Shown here: one piece after another, positions 8,713 through 17,264 of the stretch
Position numbering within the stretch: the first letter of the stretch is position 1
Layout of the letters: every line of letters starts with the position of its first letter
Notes under the pieces: model-generated
What the model was told of the DNA's origin: nothing
What the model saw: only the letters and a program-made list of their open reading frames with translations
The model's database searches: none
Program-made: the position numbers and the translations under genes
Virus record (IMG/VR): IMGVR_UViG_2710264501_000005
Coordinates: 5,929 to 69,928 of that record
Reading direction: 5' to 3' (one strand)
Source: a virus
DNA length: 64,000 nucleotides

Positions 8713-9045
8713 TTAATATTTCAAGATGGCTGGGTTAAGCACCTTGCCAGTTTCGTTGGCGGTTACGCCCTCATCATAAATCTGGGTCTTGAGGTTGTGC
8801 CAGCGGCGAAGTTGCTCGCCATGCTTCCATGTGTGGGACAAAATGGACACCGCACAGCCATACATGAATCCGGTAATACCCTCAGTGTCGGCTTCGCGGG
8901 ATGAGGCATCAGCAATCTCTTCCAGCGGTTTACCGCCCGCCATTTCCAATTGCATCAATCGTGCCCACTGTTCAGCGTAACGCATCACGGCCGCCCCATA
9001 CGGGTCTGTGTTGGATGCAACTGCCTTTTTCCAAGCCCCACTCAT
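8713..9045 (-). CDS. hypothetical phage protein
   Basis: 110-aa ORF in the operon. Confidence 0.6.
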   Translation of the reverse strand: MSGAWKKAVASNTDPYGAAVMRYAEQWARLMQLEMAGGKPLEEIADASSREADTEGITGFMYGCAVSILSHTWKHGEQLRRWHNLKTQIYDEGVTANETGKVLNPAILKY

Positions 9046-9904
9046 ATTCCCGAGCGTCGATATTGAATCGCGGGGATCGCTTGGAAGGCTTTGATCGTTT
9101 CAGAAGAAACAGAGATTCCCAGTCGCAATCCGGGCCACACTCGATAATCCCGCCCGGTAGCTCGCAAAAAGACACACTAGCGGCCCTTAAAACGTGCCTT
9201 GTGGACTCCATAGACGCCCTAGGAAGGTCCGCTACATACTTCCAAGTAAAGGGAGCCTCCTGGGGGTTTTCCGGCTCAGATGCTTCCTCTGAGGTCAAAG
9301 GGTCATCCGACTCGAAAGGTTCGTCAGGCGAGCAAACCCAATCCCTGGAAAACGATACGCCCTTGCCTTGGCGTAAGCAGTTAACCACGGCGTCACGGCC
9401 GATGGAAAGGGCTGTGCACATTGAAACCTCTTCGCAACCTCCGATATCTACGGTAGTTAGAACCGTTTTCGAGAGGTGAGAGGTCTTGGCCCACCAGAAA
9501 AGACCATCTGCCCGGAAGATGCGTTTTTTGACCGCCTCCCAGTTCTCTTCCTCCACTTGGAGTATGTAGAGGGTTTCGTGATCTTCAAGGAAAAAGGCTA
9601 GCCGTTCGATCTGCCATTCTTCCCAAGATTTCCGGCAACCGTCACAGTCTCGCCTCTTGCAGGCTACATGGGTATATCTTTGCCTCCCCGTTTCCGGGTC
9701 TATACAGAGAATTCTCCGGGGTTTTGAGCACTTTGCCGCGTTATAGGACGGCTCTTTCGGGAGCGTCCTGTTTCCCCGTATTGAACACAACGGGGAAGTA
9801 GGACAACAGGGCTTGGAATCTCCGAAAACAGAATCAGCCCTCCGGTGAGAATTACCGTGGGCTGTGTGGTTTGGCTTCGATGGATGTATAATTGTCGTGG
9901 TCAT
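8972..9904 (-). CDS. CxxxxCxxC zinc-finger protein, possibly Rep-like; paralog of 41327-42100
   Basis: ACKRRDCDGCRKSW aligns with RCKVKACEVCGPRW; downstream WEAVKKR/WDAFYQR and VDIGG/HEIGG also align. Confidence 0.5.
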   Translation of the reverse strand: MTTTIIHPSKPNHTAHGNSHRRADSVFGDSKPCCPTSPLCSIRGNRTLPKEPSYNAAKCSKPRRILCIDPETGRQRYTHVACKRRDCDGCRKSWEEWQIERLAFFLEDHETLYILQVEEENWEAVKKRIFRADGLFWWAKTSHLSKTVLTTVDIGGCEEVSMCTALSIGRDAVVNCLRQGKGVSFSRDWVCSPDEPFESDDPLTSEEASEPENPQEAPFTWKYVADLPRASMESTRHVLRAASVSFCELPGGIIECGPDCDWESLFLLKRSKPSKRSPRFNIDAREYEWGLEKGSCIQHRPVWGGRDALR

Positions 9905-9930
9905 GGGGTACTGTTTCTACCTTGTGGCTG

Positions 9931-9972
9931 TAGCCTCTCTGGGATCACCGTCGATTCCCGAGGGGCTTTTTT
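9931..9972 (+). terminator. intrinsic terminator-like hairpin, antisense to local genes
   Basis: AGCCTCTCTGGGA...TCCCGAGGGGCT followed by a T run. Confidence 0.5.
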
Positions 9973-10210
9973 CATGGAAAGAAAGAACTGCACACCAGTT
10001 TACCGCTCTTGAGCCCCGTTGGCAATATCCCAGCCGGGGCGAATTATCGGGGTATACCGGAGTCAGAAAAAAGCATAAGACCGATATGGCGGGGCTAGCT
10101 ATACCAGACGGGCTAGCGTACAATGGGAGTGTCGGGTCAAGCATGTGCAAAGGTTCCTGGGGGCTCTCAAACAATCCTGGGGACGCCTGACGGGCTGGAG
10201 GCCCACTGAA

Positions 10211-10432
10211 CTATGAGCCGCCCCGGATGCAACGGGGCGGCTCTTTTTGTTTCTCCACTTCATCAACAGGTATTCCGTCCAGGCTGCTTTTGACCGGCAG
10301 AACCAACCAAGTGCCGTGGAAAGGCCCCTGTTGCTCGCACCACGCGATGGCGGCTTCTACGCTCTCGAATGGCCCGTAGAGCTTAAAACCATTCAGCAGG
10401 CTGCCACTTGCAGCAACGTAAAGTTCACTCAT
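10211..10432 (-). CDS. hypothetical protein
   Basis: ATGA-coupled to the upstream ORF. Confidence 0.5.
   Translation of the reverse strand: MSELYVAASGSLLNGFKLYGPFESVEAAIAWCEQQGPFHGTWLVLPVKSSLDGIPVDEVEKQKEPPRCIRGGS
10215..10248 (+). terminator. intrinsic terminator hairpin, antisense to local genes
   Basis: Perfect 11-bp stem GAGCCGCCCCG/CGGGGCGGCTC plus TTTTT. Confidence 0.65.
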
Positions 10433-10635
10433 GAGTTCTCACGCTCCCGTTCAATCTCCCGGATCTTCTCCAGCAGACCGCGAATCGACGCCTCTAGCAG
10501 TGCCACCTTGGCCCCTAGCTCCGCAATCTTGCGGTTTGTGGCGTCCTGTGCGGCTTGCCATGCGTCAAGGTCAGCTTCTCTATGTTGCCCGTTTACCCTA
10601 ACTACACAGTTCTCTAAATCGCCCATGTTCTCCAA
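10429..10635 (-). CDS. hypothetical coiled-coil protein
   Basis: Operon packing. Confidence 0.5.
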   Translation of the reverse strand: MENMGDLENCVVRVNGQHREADLDAWQAAQDATNRKIAELGAKVALLEASIRGLLEKIREIERERENS

Positions 10636-10638
10636 CCA

Positions 10639-10692
10639 ATCATTTTTTAAAAATGATCGTTTCCGTAAGTGCTTGATACCAAAGGGTTTGCG
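10639..10692. repeat. 19-bp palindrome plus 29-bp imperfect palindrome, copy 1
   Basis: ATCATTTTTTAAAAATGAT-N6-CGTAAGTGCTTGATACCAAAGGGTTTGCG. Confidence 0.75.
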
Positions 10693-11143
10693 AAAACACG
10701 AAAAAACGGCCTTCCGGGCCTTCCAGTGGTCGCTTTGCTAATAGTTCGGACGTGATAGAATAAGTTTTGTTCATCCTGCTTGGATTTACTGGATCGGTTT
10801 TTAACGCAGCACCTTGGATCTCCTGGATTGCCATCCTTTCGGACAGCGAAAGACCGTCTCGTTTGAGGGAGCCGGGCGGATCGACTTCTTGCCGATCCAC
10901 CCGGCCGCGTCGATGGGAAGCACACAATCTAATCGGGAACTGGAATACTTGCAATATCAGGCTAGCCCGCCTTTTCTGCCGCTGTGTCCTTTGCCCCTCC
11001 GTCTCCCTCTTAGGCCGTTTGCCGTGCCGATAGGGCCAGATAGGGCACTCTTTCGCCGCACAGTGTTTGACCTCTTGCCTCTGCCCTCCGCAACAGTCCA
11101 GGCACTTTGCACGGATGGCCTTGATCGGGGTTAGGTGTTTCAT
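10640..11143 (-). CDS. protein with N-terminal Cys-rich domain
   Basis: KAIRAKCLDCCGG...EVKHC...CPIWPYRHG; the C-terminal extension may not be conserved. Confidence 0.6.
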   Translation of the reverse strand: MKHLTPIKAIRAKCLDCCGGQRQEVKHCAAKECPIWPYRHGKRPKRETEGQRTQRQKRRASLILQVFQFPIRLCASHRRGRVDRQEVDPPGSLKRDGLSLSERMAIQEIQGAALKTDPVNPSRMNKTYSITSELLAKRPLEGPEGRFFVFSQTLWYQALTETIIFKK

Positions 11144-11337
11144 CGCTTCCCCCCAAAGTATCCCATCAGGTCGTCTATAACGCTCCCCTGAGTCGGTGCA
11201 TTAGCAGGCTTGCCCATCTCGAAAGCCTGCTTTACCGACTTACGGAAACTGGCGACGGTTATTTTCATGACGGTATTTTCGTTGGAAAGATGGGGATTCT
11301 TTTCGACAAGGCGGTTCCAAAATTCGTCAAAGGTCAT
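11140..11337 (-). CDS. hypothetical protein
   Basis: ATGA coupling. Confidence 0.5.
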   Translation of the reverse strand: MTFDEFWNRLVEKNPHLSNENTVMKITVASFRKSVKQAFEMGKPANAPTQGSVIDDLMGYFGGKR

Positions 11338-11346
11338 TGGAGTACC

Positions 11347-12372
11347 TCACAGCTTGATTGCCGAATCGTCGGGGCTAGCAGGCTCGCCGTCTAGGACGGA
11401 ATCGGAAGGCATCCCGGCCCGCTCGAATTGAATCACGTCCCGAATAATCGCGTCCAAGTCGTGCAACGGCTCCCAGCCGATCATACTCTTAATCAAGGAA
11501 ATGTCCGGCACTCGCCGGGGCATATCCTCAAACCCCGATCCATACGCCTTTTCGTAGGGGATCAATTCAATCCCCGGATCGCGTCCGACCGCTTTGGCAA
11601 TCGTGCAAGCCAGATCGAAAATCGAAACCTCCTGATTGTTGCCGACATTGACCACCTGTCCTCTGGTTGCCTGATGGGAGTTCATCAGCCCGATCAAAGC
11701 CCTGACAGAATCCAAAACGTGGCAGAAGCAACGGGTTTGCTCCCCGTCCCCGTAAACGGTCAGAACTTCACCACGCAACGCCTGCTGAACCAATCTCGGA
11801 ACCACCATGCCATATCGGCCGGTCTGCCTCGGACCTACGGTGTTGAACAGCCTCGCAATCACCACGGGCAATCCCGAATGGTGCCAGTGTGCCAAGGCTA
11901 GGAACTCATCTAACGCCTTACTCGCGGCGTAGCTCCATCTTCGCCGATGCGGCCCGCCTATCACAATATCCCCATCTTCTGACAGCGGCATTTCCTTTGT
12001 CTTGCCGTATACCTCAGAGGTTGAGGTAATCAATACCGGCTTGCGATACCTTGCACAAGCCGACAAGACAACCGCCGTACCCTCAACGATGGTTTCAATC
12101 GTGCGGATCGGTTCGTCAATGATCTTCTGAACTCCAACCGCAGACGCAAGGTGGTAGACCTGATCTACCTGGGAGACAAGATCGAAAACAATCATCTTCT
12201 CCCGCACGTCCCCATACGCGACCCCCAATCCACGGCCCTCAAGATGCTGAATGTTTTCATTCCGACCTGTCGAGAAGTCGTCTAGGATCGTTACCGCGTG
12301 CCCTAATGCAATAAGGGCCTCGCATAAATGCGACCCGATGAATCCAGCCCCACCAGTGATTAGTATGTTCAT
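11347..12372 (-). CDS. NAD-dependent nucleotide-sugar epimerase/dehydratase (extended SDR)
   Basis: TGGAGFIGSHL, HLASAVG, TSTSEVYG, YAASK and RLFNTVGPRQ motifs. Confidence 0.92.
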   Translation of the reverse strand: MNILITGGAGFIGSHLCEALIALGHAVTILDDFSTGRNENIQHLEGRGLGVAYGDVREKMIVFDLVSQVDQVYHLASAVGVQKIIDEPIRTIETIVEGTAVVLSACARYRKPVLITSTSEVYGKTKEMPLSEDGDIVIGGPHRRRWSYAASKALDEFLALAHWHHSGLPVVIARLFNTVGPRQTGRYGMVVPRLVQQALRGEVLTVYGDGEQTRCFCHVLDSVRALIGLMNSHQATRGQVVNVGNNQEVSIFDLACTIAKAVGRDPGIELIPYEKAYGSGFEDMPRRVPDISLIKSMIGWEPLHDLDAIIRDVIQFERAGMPSDSVLDGEPASPDDSAIKL

Positions 12373-12980
12373 CCTACAATCCATTCCACTTGAAAAGCTT
12401 CCGCAAACTCAACTTCCGCTTGTGCCCCTCTCAACCTAGCCAGTCCCCGGATCGTGTCCGGCTGCATGTAGAGCTTGTGGCATTGGCTCTTGTAGCATTG
12501 TACCGCTCTGCATTTTTTCTCGATATCCGCTTCCGACACAGGAATAAACAGATTAGGCCGAAAACGCACGTTAGAGCGGCAGATTTCATAGCCCGCCAAG
12601 GATATACCCTTAAACGCCCGCCGTGCCTCCTGCAAACAAGTCGTGTGGTCCTGATGCAAGTCCTGGTCTGCCGGGCATAACACAAACGTAGGCTTCCAAT
12701 CCCTTCGCAATCTCTCAAAGGTTCGCAGCAACGCTCCTCGTTCGCTGTGCATGTCGAATACGGAAAAGTCATAGCACTCTGCCTCAAGATTGCCGTTATC
12801 GCAAAGGCATTTCAGTGATTCCGCCACCTCTTCGGTGAACCATTCCGGCTCGCCACGATCTGTTAGGTTTACCGCTAGAACCTTGGATTCAGAGGCAACC
12901 AATCGGGACACTAAGCCTCCCGCTCCGAGTTCTAAATCGTCGGCATGGGGAGCAAGCACAAGCAAGCGGGATAGGTCCAT
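12369..12980 (-). CDS. PIG-L/LmbE family deacetylase
   Basis: LAPHADDLELGAGG, DLHQDH and K..A..CYKSQ motifs. Confidence 0.9.
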   Translation of the reverse strand: MDLSRLLVLAPHADDLELGAGGLVSRLVASESKVLAVNLTDRGEPEWFTEEVAESLKCLCDNGNLEAECYDFSVFDMHSERGALLRTFERLRRDWKPTFVLCPADQDLHQDHTTCLQEARRAFKGISLAGYEICRSNVRFRPNLFIPVSEADIEKKCRAVQCYKSQCHKLYMQPDTIRGLARLRGAQAEVEFAEAFQVEWIVG

Positions 12981-13179
12981 ATAACTCCTATGGCGTCTCA
13001 TGGCTGGTTAGCCGTGCTTTCAATCCCAGGTCTTGAAGCACCAAACTGGTAGGCCAGCCCATGCGTTGGTTCCATTTTTTTCCTGCCTGCACCACCACCA
13101 GCAGGTTTACATCTGCTGGCCTCATGTCGTTCTGCCACGGAGTGGTTACGCAAACATCACACATGCCCATGCCCATGCT

Positions 13180-13344
13180 CTACTCCCCAGGCTGTTTCTT
13201 GGGCACGTAAAGGATCTTCACTTCGCCCGTTTCAGGATCTCGAATGCGAAGCTCCAGGATCTCGTAACCCAGTTCCCGGAGGCGTTCTGCCGTGAACACC
13301 AAACCGCCGATGGACGTGAACACCACTTTGCGAGACTCTGGCAT
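13180..13344 (-). CDS. small hypothetical protein
   Basis: 54-aa ORF below the track cutoff, with GGAG RBS. Confidence 0.45.
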   Translation of the reverse strand: MPESRKVVFTSIGGLVFTAERLRELGYEILELRIRDPETGEVKILYVPKKQPGE

Positions 13345-13360
13345 GGCGACTACTCCCCAG

Positions 13361-13576
13361 CTACTTACCTTCGTTTACGTCCGCTGCGTACTTGGTCAGG
13401 AGTCTCGCGTGGGCAGCCGTAATCTGACTGACGACCTGCCGCATCGCACCGCTCAATTCGCGTTCGTATTCATCGAACACAGTTTCCACTGACACGCTCA
13501 GGCGAAGGCGATTTTGCCGGCTCTGCCCGCCGGGAGTGATCGTCAATTCGCATGGAATCACAATTGGTTCTGGCAT
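13361..13576 (-). CDS. hypothetical protein
   Basis: GGAG RBS; operon packing. Confidence 0.5.
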   Translation of the reverse strand: MPEPIVIPCELTITPGGQSRQNRLRLSVSVETVFDEYERELSGAMRQVVSQITAAHARLLTKYAADVNEGK

Positions 13577-13590
13577 AATCTACTCTCCAC

Positions 13591-13875
13591 CTACTTGCGT
13601 TTGCCTTTCGGAACCCAGATTTTCAACAACCCGCACCCTGGGCACCGCTCCTGCCTGTGGGTCTTCATCATCCTGGCCGCCCAAGAGTGCCACTGCATGT
13701 ATCCGGTCGGGCAGGGCGTGTGCTTAGACTCGTTGGGGCACGGGTCAACCCACTCGACAGTTCTTCCCGTCGAGTTAAAGACAGAGGTCCACCACTTGTG
13801 CTTCCCCGAGTGGCCTTTTTTGAGGCGACACATGACACCGCCGCCTCGGTACTGGCTTTCGCATCGCTCGGCCAT
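13591..13875 (-). CDS. Cys/His-rich hypothetical protein
   Basis: C..L..GHSGKH and CPGC motifs. Confidence 0.5.
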   Translation of the reverse strand: MAERCESQYRGGGVMCRLKKGHSGKHKWWTSVFNSTGRTVEWVDPCPNESKHTPCPTGYMQWHSWAARMMKTHRQERCPGCGLLKIWVPKGKRK

Positions 13876-13878
13876 GCT

Positions 13879-14115
13879 CTATTGCTCCGGTACTTGCGCA
13901 GGGTATGCAGCCGCGTATGCTTCTGCGGGGGCCTTTCTAACGCGATCCAGTGCCTCTCGCAGTTCCTTGTTCTCAGTCTCCAAACGGTCGATTTCCTTTT
14001 TTGCTTCCTCGTATCGCACCCAGTCGCCTTGCAGTCCTGGCATAACATTGTCCTCCCCGAAATCGGGAATCAGTGTTCGGGTGTCCGTGCAGATCCAGTT
14101 CGACCAGCAAGGCAT
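13879..14115 (-). CDS. hypothetical coiled-coil protein
   Basis: GDWVRYEEAKKEIDRLE. Confidence 0.5.
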   Translation of the reverse strand: MPCWSNWICTDTRTLIPDFGEDNVMPGLQGDWVRYEEAKKEIDRLETENKELREALDRVRKAPAEAYAAAYPAQVPEQ

Positions 14116-14265
14116 TGAAACCGCCTTGCGTCAGAATTGCCCCGTCCCTGTCACGAATTGTGCGGCATAGCAGTCGTGCGTTTTCGGCCTCCAGCCGTTC
14201 AAGGCGGGTCTCCAAAGAGCAGTTTGCTTCTCCTGCGGTCATGCGTCACCCTTTCTGCTTGGCTG

Positions 14266-14496
14266 TTAGGTGCTTGTGTCTGTGACGGGGCACCAGGAAG
14301 GGGTTGCCGGGTTGTTGCCGATCAGTCGCCCGCGAGACCGAATCCCCAATACAGTATGCGGCAATCGGTCTGCTTGAGAGTGCAGACACCGATATTCATA
14401 AATCGGATGCAATCCGCTACGTACCATCCTCTGGTCGCACACATCGCACCCGAGGCATGACCGCCGCTTTTCGACAAATGTTGTTGGCCCGATCAT
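14266..14496 (-). CDS. Cys-rich hypothetical protein
   Basis: SCLGC...YRCLH...TPSWCP. Confidence 0.5.
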   Translation of the reverse strand: MIGPTTFVEKRRSCLGCDVCDQRMVRSGLHPIYEYRCLHSQADRLPHTVLGIRSRGRLIGNNPATPSWCPVTDTST

Positions 14497-14511
14497 CTAT
14501 TCACCTCTTAG

Positions 14512-14561
14512 AAAAAAAGCGGCCGGGCCAGCAGAGACAGACAATCCACCAGCCCGACCGC
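14512..14561 (-). terminator. intrinsic terminator downstream of the PDZ gene
   Basis: 13-bp GC stem followed by T7 on the minus strand. Confidence 0.7.
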
Positions 14562-14571
14562 AAACAATGAA

Positions 14572-15078
14572 TCACCTCACGCGGTCCCAAGAGGATTCCC
14601 GATCCAGCCGAACATCGACGCTTATAAGCCCGCGTCTACGCCAGTCCAGTAATAGGATATTCACCGTACCCGTTTCACCTGCCCGCTTTTGGAGTTCCTC
14701 TCCAAGGTAATAGGTCTGATTGTTCAACTCACCGACCTGATAGCCGTTGACGCATAGGATTACATCACCCGGTTCTATCCCAGCCCGATCAGCAGCACCA
14801 CGCGGTACTACCCTTGTAACTCGGCAGCCTGTCTTGCTGTTGGTTGCCCATACCCCAAGCCGCCATTCTCGCGGTCTAAATTGAGGCACCACTGGCCGCC
14901 CGTCGAATCCGATGGCTGGCGGAATATCGGCAGCGTCCGGCATACCCTCTTCGGTTCCTTGTTCAGTTCCCTTCCAAGCATCTTCCCGGTCGCGGTCTTG
15001 AGCTTGCACGGCATACCCAAGTCCAAACAGCAGAGCAATCACACAAACACCTAGCATGGCTTCCAGTCTGAATCTCAT
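14572..15078 (-). CDS. exported PDZ-domain protein
   Basis: Signal peptide ending AVQA; RLGV..., VVPRGAADRAGIEPGDVILCVNG. Confidence 0.8.
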   Translation of the reverse strand: MRFRLEAMLGVCVIALLFGLGYAVQAQDRDREDAWKGTEQGTEEGMPDAADIPPAIGFDGRPVVPQFRPREWRLGVWATNSKTGCRVTRVVPRGAADRAGIEPGDVILCVNGYQVGELNNQTYYLGEELQKRAGETGTVNILLLDWRRRGLISVDVRLDRESSWDRVR

Positions 15079-15212
15079 TGTTAACTCCCTTTCGGTTGTA
15101 AAAAACGGCATGGGGCAGCGTCATTTCGATGTCGCTCTTTCGTCTCCTCGAAAATACCACCCCATGCCGCATAGATCAAAACGCCCGGCCACAAGGTCAC
15201 CTTGGACCGGGC

Positions 15213-15449
15213 TTAGTCCGTCCCTAGAACAGAGATGGCGGATAACGCCCGCTTAATCTCTCCAGTGCTGCCAACCCTGGCAACTGCTCTCAGTATACCA
15301 ACCGCAAGCGAAAATCCTCCTTTTACGTCCAGAGCAATCGCCTTATCCGCTCTTGCTCCAGGTAGGTGGAGTATGACGGCCGGACTTCCTTCAACACGTC
15401 CGGCAGACACGGAAATACAACCGCTATCCAGCGGGATAAAATCCGTCAT
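15213..15449 (-). CDS. hypothetical protein
   Basis: ATGA-coupled to the SSAP gene; followed by a terminator-like hairpin. Confidence 0.5.
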   Translation of the reverse strand: MTDFIPLDSGCISVSAGRVEGSPAVILHLPGARADKAIALDVKGGFSLAVGILRAVARVGSTGEIKRALSAISVLGTD

Positions 15450-16345
15450 TCCTCTTCGCCTTCCTCCAGAAGCTCCTCTGCCGTTGGAAGATCCGGTTCG
15501 GATTCCTCTTCCGCTTGCTTGGCCTTCTCTGTGACACGGCGGACGATTTCCGCTTTGGCAGTTAGCTTCCATTCGATTAGCTTTGCTCCGCTGGCGTATT
15601 TTTCCAAGACCTCATCGGGGACTTCTCCAATAGGCGTACCCGCGTGCGGGCCATCGGGCACGCGGGAATGAGGACCGAATCCCAAAGGAAATTCCCCAGC
15701 GATACCCGTGGCAGAATCCAAGTCCTTGCCTCCTAGCGGCTGTCCTTTCTTTCTCCAGAACAACTTGGGCTTGCCGCTGAAGTCGGAACCTTGATAAGGT
15801 TCGCACCATTCGGCGGTAAAGTTGCGAAGCCATGCAGGAGTCCATAACTCGCGGCCGATGCCGATATCCTTGCAACATCGTCTGAGGCAATCGCTCTTGG
15901 CCCCTTCGATTGCATCCGACTTGTTCATCTGCCGGTTGCCGGGCTGCCATCGACACCCGCCAACAGCACGCGAGATAAAACAACCACGAACCCAGAGCGA
16001 ACCATCGAAACAACACTCGGAAGTCTCGCGGTCATAGAACGGATCGCGTTCCTGCCTCAGTGCCCATTGGCCTGGACCAAAGGCGTTGTCCAGTCGTTGC
16101 CGGATACATCCGACCGGCATGTACACAACACCGTCCTGTCTGACTTCCACTTCGTTTTCTGGATCGACGGCCTTGGTTAGGGCAAGCCGTTCTTCCTTGG
16201 TGATTGTCAGTTGGCTCAATCCGTCCGTGCTACCGGGAGCCAATCCGGTAGGTGCTGCTTTCGGTGGCAGCATCGCGTATTCCCGAGCCGCCGTTTGTTC
16301 CTCATCCTGCGGTTCTGCCACAGTTAACGCATTGTCTTTTGCCAT
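15446..16345 (-). CDS. Rad52/Mgm101-like single-strand annealing protein
   Basis: EVRQDGVVYMP...RQRLDNAFGPGQW, DAIEGAKSDCLRRCCKDIGIGRELW; adjacent to an exonuclease gene. Confidence 0.8.
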   Translation of the reverse strand: MAKDNALTVAEPQDEEQTAAREYAMLPPKAAPTGLAPGSTDGLSQLTITKEERLALTKAVDPENEVEVRQDGVVYMPVGCIRQRLDNAFGPGQWALRQERDPFYDRETSECCFDGSLWVRGCFISRAVGGCRWQPGNRQMNKSDAIEGAKSDCLRRCCKDIGIGRELWTPAWLRNFTAEWCEPYQGSDFSGKPKLFWRKKGQPLGGKDLDSATGIAGEFPLGFGPHSRVPDGPHAGTPIGEVPDEVLEKYASGAKLIEWKLTAKAEIVRRVTEKAKQAEEESEPDLPTAEELLEEGEEE

Positions 16346-16346
16346 G

Positions 16347-17264
16347 TTAGACCTCCACTGGTAACATACTGGAAACGCCCCCATTATACCGCCGTTTGGC
16401 CCATTTCGGCGGCCCGATCTTCGTCAGAACTCCCTGCCCTTCCGCCCGCCAGTTGCCAGTATCGTAGGCTATTTCCAGGTTGCAAAGTGCTTCGCGTAGT
16501 TCCGCTTGGCCTAGCTCCGCAAACTCTGAATCAAGCTCGTAATGATGTACCGGATAGGGAGGAGATTTGCCTACAACCACGAACACGAACAAGCAAGGCA
16601 TCCCCAGTAGAGCTTTGGCAGCGTTGGAGTACAACGCATGTTGCAGGTGGTACTTGAGCCGATAGGCTTGATCGGCAAAACCTTCACCCGGCTTGACGGA
16701 TGTTTTTATGTCCCAAACGATAGGCCGCTTGGAGTTTAAAATCAGCCCGTCGAATCGGCACTTGAGAAGCAAGCCGGTTATCGGGTCACGATACAAGACG
16801 CCCTGTTCGCGGCGGGAAGTCTTGCGGAGTAGCTTGCCCGCGAAGTCGTCTTGCCGGATAGCTTCCGCCATGCCTTCCGCAATCTCGACCCTGGGAAGGT
16901 CCTTTTGTTCGATGATCTCACGCCCGTTGACGGTAGATTGAAACTCGTTCCACACCGCCTTGCCTTCCTTTGTACGGCGGTCGCACTTCGGGCCGAGAAC
17001 ATAGAGGCTATCCCACTTCTCCGGCTCAAGTAGCTTGTAGTGCGTCCAAGTCCCCAGGATCATATCATCCGTGGGCGGCTTGGGTTCTAAGGTTTGCTCT
17101 ACGTATATCGCCCCGTACCTTGACGGCGATTCGATAAACGCCTTGACCATGCTAGTTCCGATGGCATCGAATCGGGAATGGTACTCCTGATTCGTGGAGT
17201 TCCAGAGGGTTGCATGGCCGGGAGGTAAGTCAAAATCATTCGCCCGCAACAAGATTGACACCAC
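16347..17264 (-). CDS. RecE/exonuclease VIII-like PD-(D/E)XK nuclease (DUF3799-like)
   Basis: YHS...IGTSMVK, KCRFDGL, WDIKTS and YHLQHALY motifs. Confidence 0.8.
   Translation of the reverse strand: MVSILLRANDFDLPPGHATLWNSTNQEYHSRFDAIGTSMVKAFIESPSRYGAIYVEQTLEPKPPTDDMILGTWTHYKLLEPEKWDSLYVLGPKCDRRTKEGKAVWNEFQSTVNGREIIEQKDLPRVEIAEGMAEAIRQDDFAGKLLRKTSRREQGVLYRDPITGLLLKCRFDGLILNSKRPIVWDIKTSVKPGEGFADQAYRLKYHLQHALYSNAAKALLGMPCLFVFVVVGKSPPYPVHHYELDSEFAELGQAELREALCNLEIAYDTGNWRAEGQGVLTKIGPPKWAKRRYNGGVSSMLPVEV

Noticed and set aside
10115-10140. Minus-strand promoter TTGACC...TACGCT
   Set aside because: The spacer is only 14 bp.
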